NCBI RefSeq assembly: GCF_963921235.1
Contig: NW_026948138.1
Coordinates: forward strand, 186,001 to 250,000
Reading direction: 5' to 3'
Source: Mobula hypostoma
Lineage: Eukaryota
DNA: 64,000 nt
The position numbers and the translations under genes are program-made. The notes below the pieces were generated by a model that made no database searches, had not been told where the DNA came from, and saw nothing but the letters and a program-made list of their open reading frames with translations. This document shows positions 1 to 15,000 of this stretch, in pieces. Position 1 is the first letter of the stretch, and every line of letters starts with the position of its first letter.

Positions 1-3000
1 TACTGACACACACAAGGGGATCCACTGTAAATACTGATACACACCATGGGATCGACTGTAAACACAGATACACACCCGGGAACCCACTGTAAATACTGAC
101 ACAGGCCCGGGAACATATTGTAAATACTGACACATGCCCGGGACCCCACTGTCAATACTGACACACACCCAAGAACCCACTGTAAATACTGACACATAAC
201 CGGGAACCCACTGTAAATACAGGTGCACACATGGGAACCCTCTGTAAATACATGTACACACCCGGAAACCCACTGTAAATACTGACACAGGGCCAGAAAC
301 AGCACTGTAAATACTGAACAGGCCCGGGAACACGCTGTAAATACTGACACACAGCCGGGAGCCCACTGTAAATACTGGCACACACCCTGGAACCCACTGT
401 AAATAGTGACACACTGCCGGGAACCCACTGTAAACACTGACACAGGCCCGGGAACACACTGTATATACTGAAACCAGCCCGGGAACACATTGTAAATACT
501 GACACACGCCTGGGACCCTACTGTCAGTACTGACACACACCCGGGGAACCCATTGTAAATACCGATACACACTCGGGAACCCACTGTAAATACTGACACA
601 CACCCGGGAACCCACTGTAAATACAGGTGCACACCAGGAAACCCACTGTAAATACTGACACAGGCCCAGAAACAGCACTGTAAATACTGAAAATGACCCA
701 GGAACACATTGTAAATACTGACATACCGCCGGGAGCCCACTTTAAATATTGACACAGACCCGGGGGCCCAATGTCAATACTGACAAACATCCAGGGAACC
801 CATTGTAAATGCAGATACACACTCGGAAACCCGCTGTAAATACTTACATACACCCAGAAAAACCTCTGTAAATACTGGCACACACCCGGGAACCCACTGT
901 AAATACTGACACAGGCCCGGGAACACACTGTAAATACTGAAACAGGCCCGAGAACACATTGTAAATACTGACACACACCGCGGATCCACCGCAAATACGG
1001 ATACACACTTGGGAACCCTCTGTAAAGACTTAGATACACCCAGGAAACCCTCTGTAAATACTGACACACACCGAGAAACCCACTGTAAATACGGACACAC
1101 ACCCGGGAACCCACTGTAAATACTGGCACACACCCGGGAACCCACAGCAAATTCTGGCACACACCCGGATATCCACTGTAAGTACTGAAACAGGCCCGGG
1201 AACACATTGTAAATACTGACACACGGCTGGGAGCCCACTTTAAAGATTGACACAGAGCTGGGGGCCCAATGTCAATACTGACACTCACCCAGAGAACCGA
1301 TTGTAAATAGACATACGCACTCGGGAACCCTCTGTAACTACTTACATACACCCAGGAAAACCTATGTAAATACTGACACACACCCGGTAACCCACTGTAA
1401 CTACTGACACAGGCCCGGGAACACACTGTAAATACTGAAAGAGGCCCGGGAACACATTGTAAATACTGACACACACCGCGGGATCCACCGTAAATACGGA
1501 TACACACTCGGGAACCCTCTGTAAATACTTACATACACCCAGGAAACCATCTGTAAATACTGACACACACCACAGGATCCACTGTAAATACAGATACACA
1601 CCCGGGAACCCACTGTAAATACTGTCACAGGCCCGAGAACACATCATAAATAATGACACACACCTGGGAACCCACTGTAAATACTGACACACACCCGGCA
1701 ACCCACTGTAAATATTGTCACACACCTGGAAACCCACTGTATACACTGACACAGACCCAGAAACACCACTGTGCATACTGAAAAAGGCCCAGGAACACAT
1801 TGTAAGTACTGACACAAGGCCGGGAGCCCAGTTTAAATGTTGACACAGTCCCGGGGGCCCAATTTCAATACTGACACACACCCAGGGAACCCATTGTAAA
1901 TACAGATACACACTCGGGAACCCTCTGTAAATACTTACATACACTCGGGAAACCCTCTGTATATACTGTCACACACCCGGAAACCCACTGTAAATAGTGA
2001 TACACACCATGGGATCCACGTAAACACAGATACACACCCGGGAACCCACTGTAAATGCTGACACACACCGGGGGATCCACTGTAAATACAGATACACACT
2101 CGGGAACCCTCTGTAAATACTGACACAGGCGCGGGAACAAACTGTAAATACTGAAACAGGCCCGGGAACATATTCTAAATACTGACACACCCCCGGGACC
2201 CCACTGTCAATACTGATACACACCCGGGAACCCATTGTAAATACTAACACACACCCAGGGACCCACTGTAAATATTGACACACAGCCGGAAAACCTCGGT
2301 AAATACTGACACCTACCTGGGAACCCACTGTAAATACTGGCACACACCGTGGAACCCCCTGTAAATACTGGCACACACCCTGGAACCCATTGGGAATACT
2401 GGCACACACCTGGGACCCCACTGTCAATACTGACACAGGCCCGAGAACACATTGTAAATACTGACACACACCGGGGGATCCACTGTAAATACAGATACAC
2501 ACTCGGGAACCCTCTGCAAATACTTACATACCCCCAGGAAAACCTCTGTAAATACTGACACACACCCGCGAACTGACTGCAAATACTGGCACACACCCGG
2601 GAACCCACTGTAAATACTGACACACTGCCGGGAACCCACTGCAAATACTGGCACACACCCGGGAACCCACTGTAAATACTGACACACACTCGGGAACCCA
2701 CTGTAAATACTGACACAGGCCCGGGAACACACTGCAAATACTGAAACAGGCGCGGGAACACATTGTAAATACTGACACACGCCTGGGACCCCATTGTCAA
2801 TACTGACACACACCCAGGTAACCCATTGTAAATACTGATACACACCACGGGATCCACTGTAAATACAGATACACACCCGGGAACGGTCTGTAAATATTTA
2901 CATACACCCGGCAATCCACTGTAAATACTGTCACACACCCGGAAGCCCACTGTATATACTGACACAGACCCAGCAACACCACTGTACGTAGTGAAAAAGG

Positions 3001-6000
3001 CCCAGGAACACATTGTAAATACTGATACACAGCCGGAAGCCCGGTTTAAATATTGACACAGTCCTGGGGGCCCAATGTCAATACTGACACACACTCGGGA
3101 ATCCTCTGTAAATACTTACAGACACTCGGGAAACCCTCTGTAAATACTGTCACACACCCAGAAACCCACTGTAAATAGTGATACACACTATGGGATCCAC
3201 AGTAAACACAGATACACACGCGGGAACCCAATGTAAATACTGACACACACCGGGGAACCCACTCTAAATACTGGCACACACCCAGAAATCCACTGTAAAT
3301 ACTGACACAGGCCCAGAAACAGCACTGTAAACACTGAAACAGGCCCGGGAACACATTGTAAATACTGACACAGAGCCAGGAGCCCACTTTAAATATTGAC
3401 ACAGACCCAAAGGCCCAATGTCAATACTGACACACACCCAGGGAACCCATTGTAAATACAGATACACACTCGGGAACCCTCTGTAAATACTTAGATACAC
3501 CCAGGAAAACCTCTGTAAATACTGACACACACCCAGTAACCCACTGTAAACACTGGCACATAACTGGGAACCCACTGTAAATATTGACACAGGCCCGGGA
3601 ACCAACTGTAAATACTGTAACAGGCCCAGGAAAACATTGTAAATACTGACACATGCCCGGGACCCCACAGTCAATACTGACACACAGCCAGGTAATCCAT
3701 TGTAAATACTGACACACACCCAGGAACCCACTGTAAATACTGACACATACCACGGAATCCACTGTAAGTACAGATACACACTCAGGAACCCTCTGTAAAT
3801 ACCTACATACACCCGGGAAACCCTCTGTAAACACTAATACACACCCGGGAACCCACTGTAAATACTGACAGATACCCGGGAACCCACTGTAAATACAGGT
3901 GCACACATGGGAACCCTCTGTAAATACAGGTACACACCCGGAAATCCACTGTAAATTCTGACACACACCCGGGAGCCCACTGTAAATTCTGACACAGTCC
4001 AGGGAATAGAACTGCAAATACTGACACAGGCGCAGAAACAGCACTGTAAATACTGAAACAGGCCTGGGAACACATTGTAACTACTGACACACAGCCGGGA
4101 GCCCACTTTAAATATTGCCAAAGTCCCGGGCGCCCAATGTCAATACTGACGCACACCCAGGGAACCCATTGTAAATACAGATACACACTCGGGAACCATC
4201 TGTAAATACTTACATACACCCAGGAAAACCTCTGTAAATACTGACACACACCCGGGAACCCACTGTAAATACTGACACATACCCGGGAACCCACTGTAAA
4301 TACAGGTGCACACATGGGAACCCTCTGTAAATACAGGTACACACCTTGGAACCCAGTGTAAATACTGACACACACCACGAAATCCACTGTAAGTACCGAT
4401 ACACACTTAGGAACCCTCTGTAAATACCTACATACACCCGGGAAACCCTCTGTAAATACTCACACACACCCGGGAACCCACTGTAGATACTGACACAGGC
4501 CCAGGAACACGCTGTAAATACTGAAACAAGCCCGGTTAAACATTGTAAATACTGACACACGCCCGGGACCGCACTGTCAATACTAACACACAGCCAGGTA
4601 ATTCATTGTAAATACTGACACACACCACGGAATCCACTGTAAGTACCGATCCACACTTAGGAACCCTCTGTGAATACCTGGGTACACCCGGGAAACCCTC
4701 TGTAAATACTTACCTCCACTCAGGAAATGCTCTGTAAATACTGACACACACCTGGGTACCCACTGTCAATACTGACACACACCTGGGAACCCACTCTAAA
4801 CACTGGCACACACCCAGAAATCCACTGTAAATACTGACACAGGCCCAAAAACAGCACTGTAAACACTGAAACAGGCCCGGGAACACATTGTAAATACTGA
4901 CACGGAGCCAGGAGCCCACCTTAAATATTGACACAGACCCGGGGGCCCAATGTCAATACTGACACACACCCAGGGAACCCATAGTAAATACAGATACACA
5001 CTCGGGAACCCTCTGTGAATACTTAGTTACACCCAGGAAATCCTCTGTAAATACAGACACACACCCGGGAACCCACTGTAAACACTGGCACATACCCGGG
5101 AACCCACTGTAAATACTGACACAGGCCCGGGAACCCACTGTAAATACTGAAACAAGCCCGGGAAAACATTGTAAATACTGACACACGCCCGGGACCCCAC
5201 TCTCAATACTGACACTCAGCCAGGTAATCCATTGTAAATACTGACACACACCAAGGAACCCACTGTAAATACTGACACATACCACGGAATCCACTGTAAG
5301 TACAGATACACACTCAGGAACCCTCTGTAAATACCTACATACACCCGGGAAACCCTCTGTAAACACCAACACACACCCGGGAACCCACTGTAAATAGTGA
5401 CAGATACCCGGGAACCCACTGTAAATACAGGTGCACACATAGGAATCCTCTGTAAATACAGGTACATACCCGGAAACACAATGTAAATACTGACACAGGC
5501 CAGAAACAGCACTGTAAGTACTGAAACAAGCCCGGGAACACATTGTAAATGCTGACACACACCCAGAAACCCACTGTAAACACTGACACACACCCGGGAA
5601 AACACTGTAAATACTGACACACACCCGGGAACCCACTGCAAATACTGCTACAGGCCCAGGAGCACCCTGTAAATACTGAAACAGGCCCGGGAACACATTG
5701 TAAATTCTGACACACAGCCGGGAGCACACTTTAAATATTTCCACTGTCCCAGGGGCCCAATGTCAATACTGACACACACCCAGGGAACCCATTGTAAATA
5801 CAGATACACACTCGGGAACCCTCTGTGAATACGTACATACACCCAGGAAATCCTCTGTAAATACTGACACACACCTGGGAACCCACTCTAAATACTGGCA
5901 CACACCCGGAAACCCAATGTAAATACTGACACAGGCCCAGAAACAGCACTGTAAACACTGAAACAGGCCAGGTAATCCATTGTAAATACTGACACACACC

Positions 6001-9000
6001 CAGGAACCCACTGTAAATACTGACACATACCACGGAATCCACTGTAAGTACAGATACACACTCAGGAACCCTCTGTAAACACTAACACACACCCGGGAAC
6101 CCACTGTAAATACTGACAGATACCCGGGAACCCACTGTAAATGCAGGTGCACACATGGGAACCCTCTGTAAATACAGGTACACACCCGGAAACCCACTGT
6201 AAATACTGACACAGGCCCAGAAACAGCACTGTAAATACTGAAACAGGTCCGGGAACACATTGTAAATACTGACACACACCCAGGAACCCACTGTACATAC
6301 TGACACACACCCGGGAACGCTCTGTAAATTCAGGTACACACCCGGGAACCCACTGTAAATACTGGCACACACCCGGAAAGTCCTCTGTAAATACTGATAC
6401 AGGCCCGGGAGCATCTTGTAAATACTGAAACTGGCCCGGGAACACATTGTAATTACTGACACATGCCCGGGACACCAGTGTCAATACTGACACACACCCG
6501 GGAACCGACTGTAAATACTGGCACACACCTGGAAATCGACTGTAAATTCTGACACACACCCGGGAACCCACTGTATATTCTGACACAGTCCTGGGAACAG
6601 CACTGTAAATACTGACACAGGTGCAGATACAGCACTGTAATTTCTGAAACAGGCCTGGGTACACATTGTAAATACTGACACACAGCCGGGAGCCCACTTT
6701 AAATATTGCCACAGTCCCGGGGGCCCAATGTCAATACTGATGCACACCCAGGGAACCCATTGTAAATACAGATACACACTCGGGAACCCTCTGTAAATAC
6801 TTACATACACCCAGGAAAACCTCTGTAAATACTGACACACACCAGGGAACCCACTGTAAATACAGGCACATACCCGGGAACCCACTGTAAATACTGACAC
6901 AGGCCCGGAAACACACTGTAAATACTGAAACAAGCCCGGGAAAACATTGTAAATACTGACACACGCCCAGGACCCCACTGTCAATACTGACACACAGCCA
7001 GGTAATCCGTTGTAAATACTGACACACACCCAAGAACCCACTGTAAATACTGACACACACCACGGAATCCACTGTAAGTACACATACGCAATCAGGAACC
7101 CTCTGTAAAGAACTACATACACCCAGGAAACCCTCTGTAAATACTAACACACACCCGGGAACCCACTATAAATACTGACACATAACCGGGAACCCACTGT
7201 AAATACAGGTGCACACATGGGAACCCTCTGTAAATACATGTACACACCCGGAAACCCACTGTAAATACTGACACAGGGCCAGAAACAGCACTGTAAATAC
7301 TGAAACAGGCCCGGGAACACATTGTAAATACTGACACACAGCCGGGAGCCCACTTTAAATATTGACAGAGACCCGGGGGCCCAATGTCAATCCTGACACA
7401 CACCCAGGGAACCCATTGTAAATATAGAGACACACTCGGGAACCCTCTGTAAATACTTACATACCCCCAGGAAAACCTCTGTAAATACTGACACACACCC
7501 GCGAACCCACTGCAAATACTGGCACACACCCGGGAACCCACTGTAAGTACTGACACACACCCAGGGACCCACTGTGAATATTGACACACAGCCGGAAAAC
7601 CACTGTAAATACTGACACACAGCCGGAAACCTAGAGTAAATATTGATACACACCATGGGATCTACTGTAAACACAGATACACACGTGGGAACCCACTGTA
7701 AATACTGACACGCACTGGGGAACACACTGTAAATGCTGACACACACCCGGAAACCCACTGTAAATACTGACACACACAAGGGGATCCACTGTAAATACTG
7801 ATACACACCATGGGATCGACTGTAAACACAGATACACACCCAGCAACCCTCTGTAAATACTGGCACACTCCCTGGAACCCACTGTAAATACAAACACACA
7901 CCCGGGAACTCACTGTAAATACTGTCAAACCCCACCCCCTCGGGAACCCACTGTAAATACTGACACAGGCCCGGGAACCCACTGTAAATACTGACACAGG
8001 CCCGGGAACAAACTGTAAATACTGAAACAGGCCCGGGAACATATTGTAAATACTGACACATGCCCGGGACCCCACTGTCAATACTGACACACACCACGGA
8101 ATCCACTGTAAGTACAGATACGCACTCAGGAACCCTCTGTAAAGAACTACATACACCCAGGAAACCCTCTGTAAATACTAACACACACCCGGGAAACCAC
8201 TGTAAATACTGACACATAACCGGGAACCCACTGTAAATACAGGTGCACACATGGGAAACCTCTGTAAATACATGTACACACCCGGAAACCCACTGTAAAT
8301 ACTGACACAGGGCCAGAAACAGCACTGTAAATACTGAAACAGACCCGGGAACTCATTGTAAATACCGACACACAGCCGGGAGCCCACTTTAAATATTGAC
8401 ACAGACCCGGGGGCCAAATGTCAATACTGACACACACCTAGGAAACCCATTGTAAATACAGATACACACTCGGAAACCCGCTGTAAATACTTACATACAC
8501 CCAGGAAAAACCTCTGCAAATACTGACACACACCCGGGAACCCACTGCAAATACTGGAAAAAAACCCTGGAACTCCCTGTAAATACTGGCACACACCCGG
8601 GACCCCACTGTTAATAGTGACACAGGACCGAGAACACATTGTAAATGCTGGCACACACCCGGGTACCCACTGTAAATACTGACACACACACAGAAACCCA
8701 CTATATATACTGACACAGGCCCATAAACAGCACTGTAAATACTGAAACAGGCCCGGGAACACATTGTAAATACTGACACGCAGCCGGGAGCCCACTTTAA
8801 ATATTAACACAGACCCGGGGGCCTAATGTCAGTACAGACACACACCCAGGGAACCAATTGTAAATACAGATCCACACTTGGGAACCCTCTGTAAATACTT
8901 ACATACACCCAGGAAAACCTCTGTAAATACTGACACACACCCGGGAACCCACTGTAAATACTGGCACACACCCTGGAACCCACTGTAAATAGTGACACAC

Positions 9001-12000
9001 TGCCAGGAACCCACTGTAAACACTGACACAGGCCCAGGAACACACTGTATATACTGAAACCAGCCCAGGAACACATTGTAAATACTGATACACAATGGAA
9101 CCCACTGTAAATACTGGCACACAACAGGGAACCCACTGTAAATACTGACACAGGCCCGGGAACACACTGTATATACTGAAACCAGCCCGGGAACACATTG
9201 TAAATACTGACACATGCCTGGGACCCTACTGTCAGTACTGACACACACCCAGGGAACCCATTGTAAATACCGATACACACTCGGGAACCCACTGTAAATA
9301 CTGACACACACCCGGGAACCCACTGTAAACACAGGTGCACACATGGGAACCCTCTGTAAATACAGGTACACACCAGGAAACCCACTGTAAATACTGACAC
9401 AGGCCCAGAAACAGCACTGTAAATACTGAAAATGACCCAGGAACACATTGTAAATACTGACATACCGCCGGGAGCCCACTTTAAATATTGACACAGACCC
9501 GGGGGCCCAATGTCAATACTGACAAACATCCAGGGAACCCATTGTAAATGCAGATACACACTCGGGAACCCTCTGTGAATACTTAGATACACCCAGGAAA
9601 TCCTCTGTAAATACTGACACACACCCGGGAACCCACTGTAAATGCTGACACAGGCCCGGGAAAACACTGTAAATACTGAAACTGGCCCGGGAACACATTG
9701 TATATAATGACACACGCCTGGGACTCCACTGTCAATACTGACACAAGCCCGAGAACACATTGTAAATACTGATACACACTGGAACACACTGTAAATACTG
9801 GCACACACCCGGGAACCCACTGTAAATATTGACACAGGCCCGGGAACACACTGTGAATACTGAAACAGGCCCGAGAACACATTGTAAATACTGATACACA
9901 CTGGAACCCACTGTAAATACTGACACAGGCCCGGGAACACACTGTAAATACTGAGACACACCGCGGGATCCACTGTAAATACGGATACACACTCGGGAAC
10001 CCTCTGTAAATACTTACATACACCCAGGAAACCATCTGTAAATACTGACACACACCACAAGATCCACTGTAAATACAGATACACACCCGGGAACTGGCTG
10101 TAAATATTTACATACACCCGGGAAACCTCTGTAAATACTGACACACACCCAGAAACCCACTGTAAATACTGACACACACCCGGTAACTTACTGTAAATAC
10201 TGTCACACACCCGGAAACCCACTGTAAATACTGATACACACCATGGGATCCACTGTAAATACAGATACACACTCGGGAACCCTCTGTAAATACTGACACA
10301 CAGCCAGGTAATCCATTGTAAATACTGACACACACCCAGAAACCCACTGTAAATACTGACAGAGGCCGAGAAACAGCACTGTAAATACTGAAACAGGCCC
10401 GGGAACACATTGTAAGTAGTGACACACAGCCGGGAGCCTACTTTAAATAGTGACACAGACCCGGGGGCCCAATGTCAATACTGACACACACCCAGGGTAC
10501 CCATTGTAAATACCGATACACACTCAGGAACCCTCTGTAAATACTGACACACTGACGGGAGCCCACTGTAAATACTGAAACAGGCCCGGGAACACACTGT
10601 AAATACTGACACAGACCCAGAAACACCACTGTACATACTGAAAAAGGCCCAGGAACACATTGTAAATACTGATACATAGCCGGGAGCCCAGTTTAAATAT
10701 TGACACATGCCCGGGACCCCACTGTCAATACTGACACACAGCCAGAAAACCACTGTAAATACTGACACACACCTGGGAACCCACTGTAAATACTGTCACA
10801 CAGCCGAAAACCTACAGTAAATATTGATACACACCATGGGATCTACTGTAAACACAGATACACACGTGGGAACCCACTGTAAATACTGACACACACTGGG
10901 GAACACACTGTAAATGCTGACACACACCTGGGAACACACTGTAAATGCTGACACACACCTGGGAACCCACTGTAAATACTGACACACACAAGGGGATCCA
11001 CTGTAAATACAGATACACACCATGGGATCGACTGTAAACACAGATACACACGTGGGAACCCACTGTAAATACTGACACGCACTGGGGAACACACTGTAAA
11101 TGCTGACACACACCTGGGAACACACTGTAAATGCTGACACACACCTGGGAACCCACTGTAAATACTGACACACACAAGGGGATCCACTGTAAATACAGAT
11201 ACACACCATGGGATCGACTGTAAACACAGATACACACCCAGCAACCCTCTGTAAATACTGGCACAGTCCCTGGAACCCACTGTAAATACAAACACACACC
11301 CGGGAACCCACTGTAAATACTGACACACTGCCGGGAACCCACTGTAAATACTGACACAGGCCCAGGAACCCACTGTAAATACTGACACACACTCGGGAAC
11401 CCACTGTAAATACTGGCACACACCCGGGAACCCACTGTAAATACTGACACACACTCGGGAACCCACTGTAAATACTGACACAGGCCCGGGAACACACTGT
11501 AAATACTGACACACACCCAGGTAACCCATTGTAAATACTGATACACACCACGGGATCCAATGTAAATACAGATACACACCCGGGTACGGTCTGTAAATAC
11601 TTACATACACCCGGCAACCCACTGTAAATACTGTCACACACCCGGAAGCCCACTGGATATACTGACACAGACCCAGAAACACCACTGTACGTACTGAAAA
11701 AGGCCCAGGAACACGTTGTAAATACTGATACACAGCCGGGAGCCCAGTTTAAATATTGACACAGTCCTGGGGGCCCAATTTCAATACTGACACACACCCA
11801 GGGAACCCATTGTAAATACAGATACACACTCGGGAACCCTCTGTAAATACTTACATACACTCGGGAAACCCTCTGTAAATACTGTTACACACCTGGAAAC
11901 CCACTGTAAATAGTGATACACACCATGGGATCCACAGTAAACACAGATACACACACGGGAACCCAATGTAAATACTGACACACACTGGGGAACACACTGT

Positions 12001-15000
12001 AAATGCTGACACACACCCAGGAACCCACTGTAAATACTGACACACACTAGGGGATCCACTGTAAATACTGTTACACACCAGGGAACCCACTGTAAATACT
12101 GTCACAGGCCCGAGAACACATTGTAAATACTGACACACACCCAGGTAACCCATTGTAAATACTGATACACACCACGGGATCCACTGTAAATACAGATACA
12201 CACCCGGGAACCGTCTGTAAATACTTAAATACACCCGCGAACCCACTGTAAATACTGACACACGCCCGGGATCCCACTGTCAATACTGACACATAGCCAG
12301 GTAATCCATTGTAAATACTGTCACACACCATAGAATCCACTGTAAGTACAGATACACACTCAGGAACCCTCTGTAAATACCTACATACACCCAGGAAACC
12401 CTCGGTAAATACTAACACACACCCGGGAACCCAATGTAAATACTGACACACACCCGGGAACCCACTGTAAATATAGGTGCACATATGGGAACTCTGTATA
12501 TACAGGTACACACCCGGAAACCCACTGTAAATACTGACACAGGCCGCGAAACAGCACTGTAAATACTGAAACAAGCCCGGGAACACATTGTAAATACTGA
12601 CACACAGCTGGGAGCCTACTTTAAATATTGACACAGACCCGGAGGCCCAATGTCAATACTGACACACACCCAGGGAACCCATTGTAAATACAGAGACACA
12701 CTCGGGAACCCTCTGTAAATACTTACATACCCCCAGGAAAACCTCTGTAAATACTGACACACACCTGCGAACCCACTGCAAATAATGGCACACACCCGGG
12801 AACCCACTGTAAATGCTGACACGGCCCGGGATCCCACTGTAAATACTGACACGGCCCGGGATCCCACTGTAAATACTGACACACTGCTGGGAAAACACTG
12901 TAAATACTGACACACACCCGCGAACCCACTGCAAATAGTGGCACACACCCGGGAACCCACTGTAAATACTGACACACTGCCGGGAACCCACTGTAAATAC
13001 TGACACCGGCCCGGGAACACACTGTAAATACTGAAACAGGCCCGGGAATACACTGTAAATACTGACACACGGGCCTGGAGCCCACTTTAAAGATTGACAC
13101 AGAGCTGGGGGCCCAATGTCAATACTGACACACACCCAGAGAACCGATTGTAAATAGAGATACACACTCGGGAACCCTCTGTAACTACTTACATACACCC
13201 AGGAAAACCTATGCAAATACTGACACACACCCGGTAACACACTGTAACTACTGACACAGGCCCGGGAACACACTGTAAATACTGAAACAGGCCCGGGAAC
13301 TAATTGTAAATACTGACACACACCTGGCACCCCACTGTCAATACTGACACAGGCCCGAGAACACATTGTAAATACTGATACACACTGGAACCCACTGTAA
13401 ATACTGGCACACACCCGGGAACCCACTGTAAATTCTGACACAGGCCCGGGAACACACTGTAAATACTGAAACAGGCCCAAGAGCACATTGTAAATACTGA
13501 CACACACCGCAGGATCCACCGTAAATACGGATACACACTCGGGAACCCTCTGTAAATACTGTTACAGGCCCAAAAACACATCGTAAATAATGACACACAC
13601 CCGGGAACCCACTGTAAATACTGGCACACACCGCGGGATCCACTGTAAACACAGATACACACCCGGGAACCCACTGTAAATTCTGACACGGACCCAGAAA
13701 CACCACTGTACATACTGAAAAAGGCCCAGGAACACATTGTAAATACTGATACATAGCCGGGAGCCCAGTTTAAATATTGACACAGTCCCGGGGGCCCAAT
13801 TTCAATACTGACACACACCCAGGGAACCCTCTGTAAATACTTACATACACTCGGGAAACCCTCTGTAAATACTGTCACACACCCGGAAACCCACTGTAAA
13901 TAGTGATACACAGCATGGGATCCACAGTAAACACAGATACACATGCGGGAACCCAATGTAAATACTGACACACTGCCGGGAACCCACTGTAAATACTGAC
14001 ACGGCCCGGGAACACACTGTAAATACTGAAACAGGCCCAGGAACACACTGTAAATACTGAAACAGGCGGGGAACACATTGTAAATACTGACACACACCTG
14101 GGACCCCACTGTCAATACTGAAACACACCAGGGAACCCACTGTAAATACTGTCACAGGCCTGAGAACACATTGTAAATACTGACACACACCTGGGACCCC
14201 ACTGTCAATACTGACACACAGCCAGGTAATCCATTGTAAGTACAGATACACACTCAGGAACCCTCTGTAAATACCTACATACACCCAGGAAACCCTCTGT
14301 AAATACTAACTGTTACGTACCCCGTAACTGGGTTGCCAAACCAGCAGAAAATGGATCACTCAGTTGGAGTCTGGAGTACTAGAACTAAGAAAGTTTTATT
14401 AAAGAAACAAGCAACACAGTAATCGAAAGGATAATAAATGCAACAGTTCAGTGATGATAAACACACATGTGCACAGAATTAAGATAACAGCATCAATCAA
14501 GCTCTATCGTTGTCTAGGGGTAAATGACCAAATTTCAAAATGACTCAAAGTTCAGTTCGCAGTAATCGTTTCCATGGCGATGGACAACGTGGGGGAAGAG
14601 AGACAGAGAGAACAGGAACAACTCATCATTCAGCACGGCTTCACTCACAGATCAGCGAGATTGCTCACAAACAGCATTTGGGCGGGTCCTTGGTGATGTC
14701 ACCTGAGGTCACCGACTGTGACCCCTCCTCCAGATGCAGTCGATCCTCTGCAGTGAACCCGGCACCCAGGCAAGGGCGGACACACACCGGGTTCCCGCTG
14801 ATCGTACCTTTCCACCCTTGTCGTTGTCTGGTACTTCTCACCCACTCGTGAGAATCGCACCGCTTCCAGGGTCTCGTTACCTCGGGTGGCGTGTGTGTCT
14901 GTCTTAGCGAACCTGTCCCTTTTTATCCCCCTGCTGGGGTATCGCCTGTCCATCACTTCAAACAGTTCAGGGTTCAAAGGGGGGAGTCGCTCCAGACAGC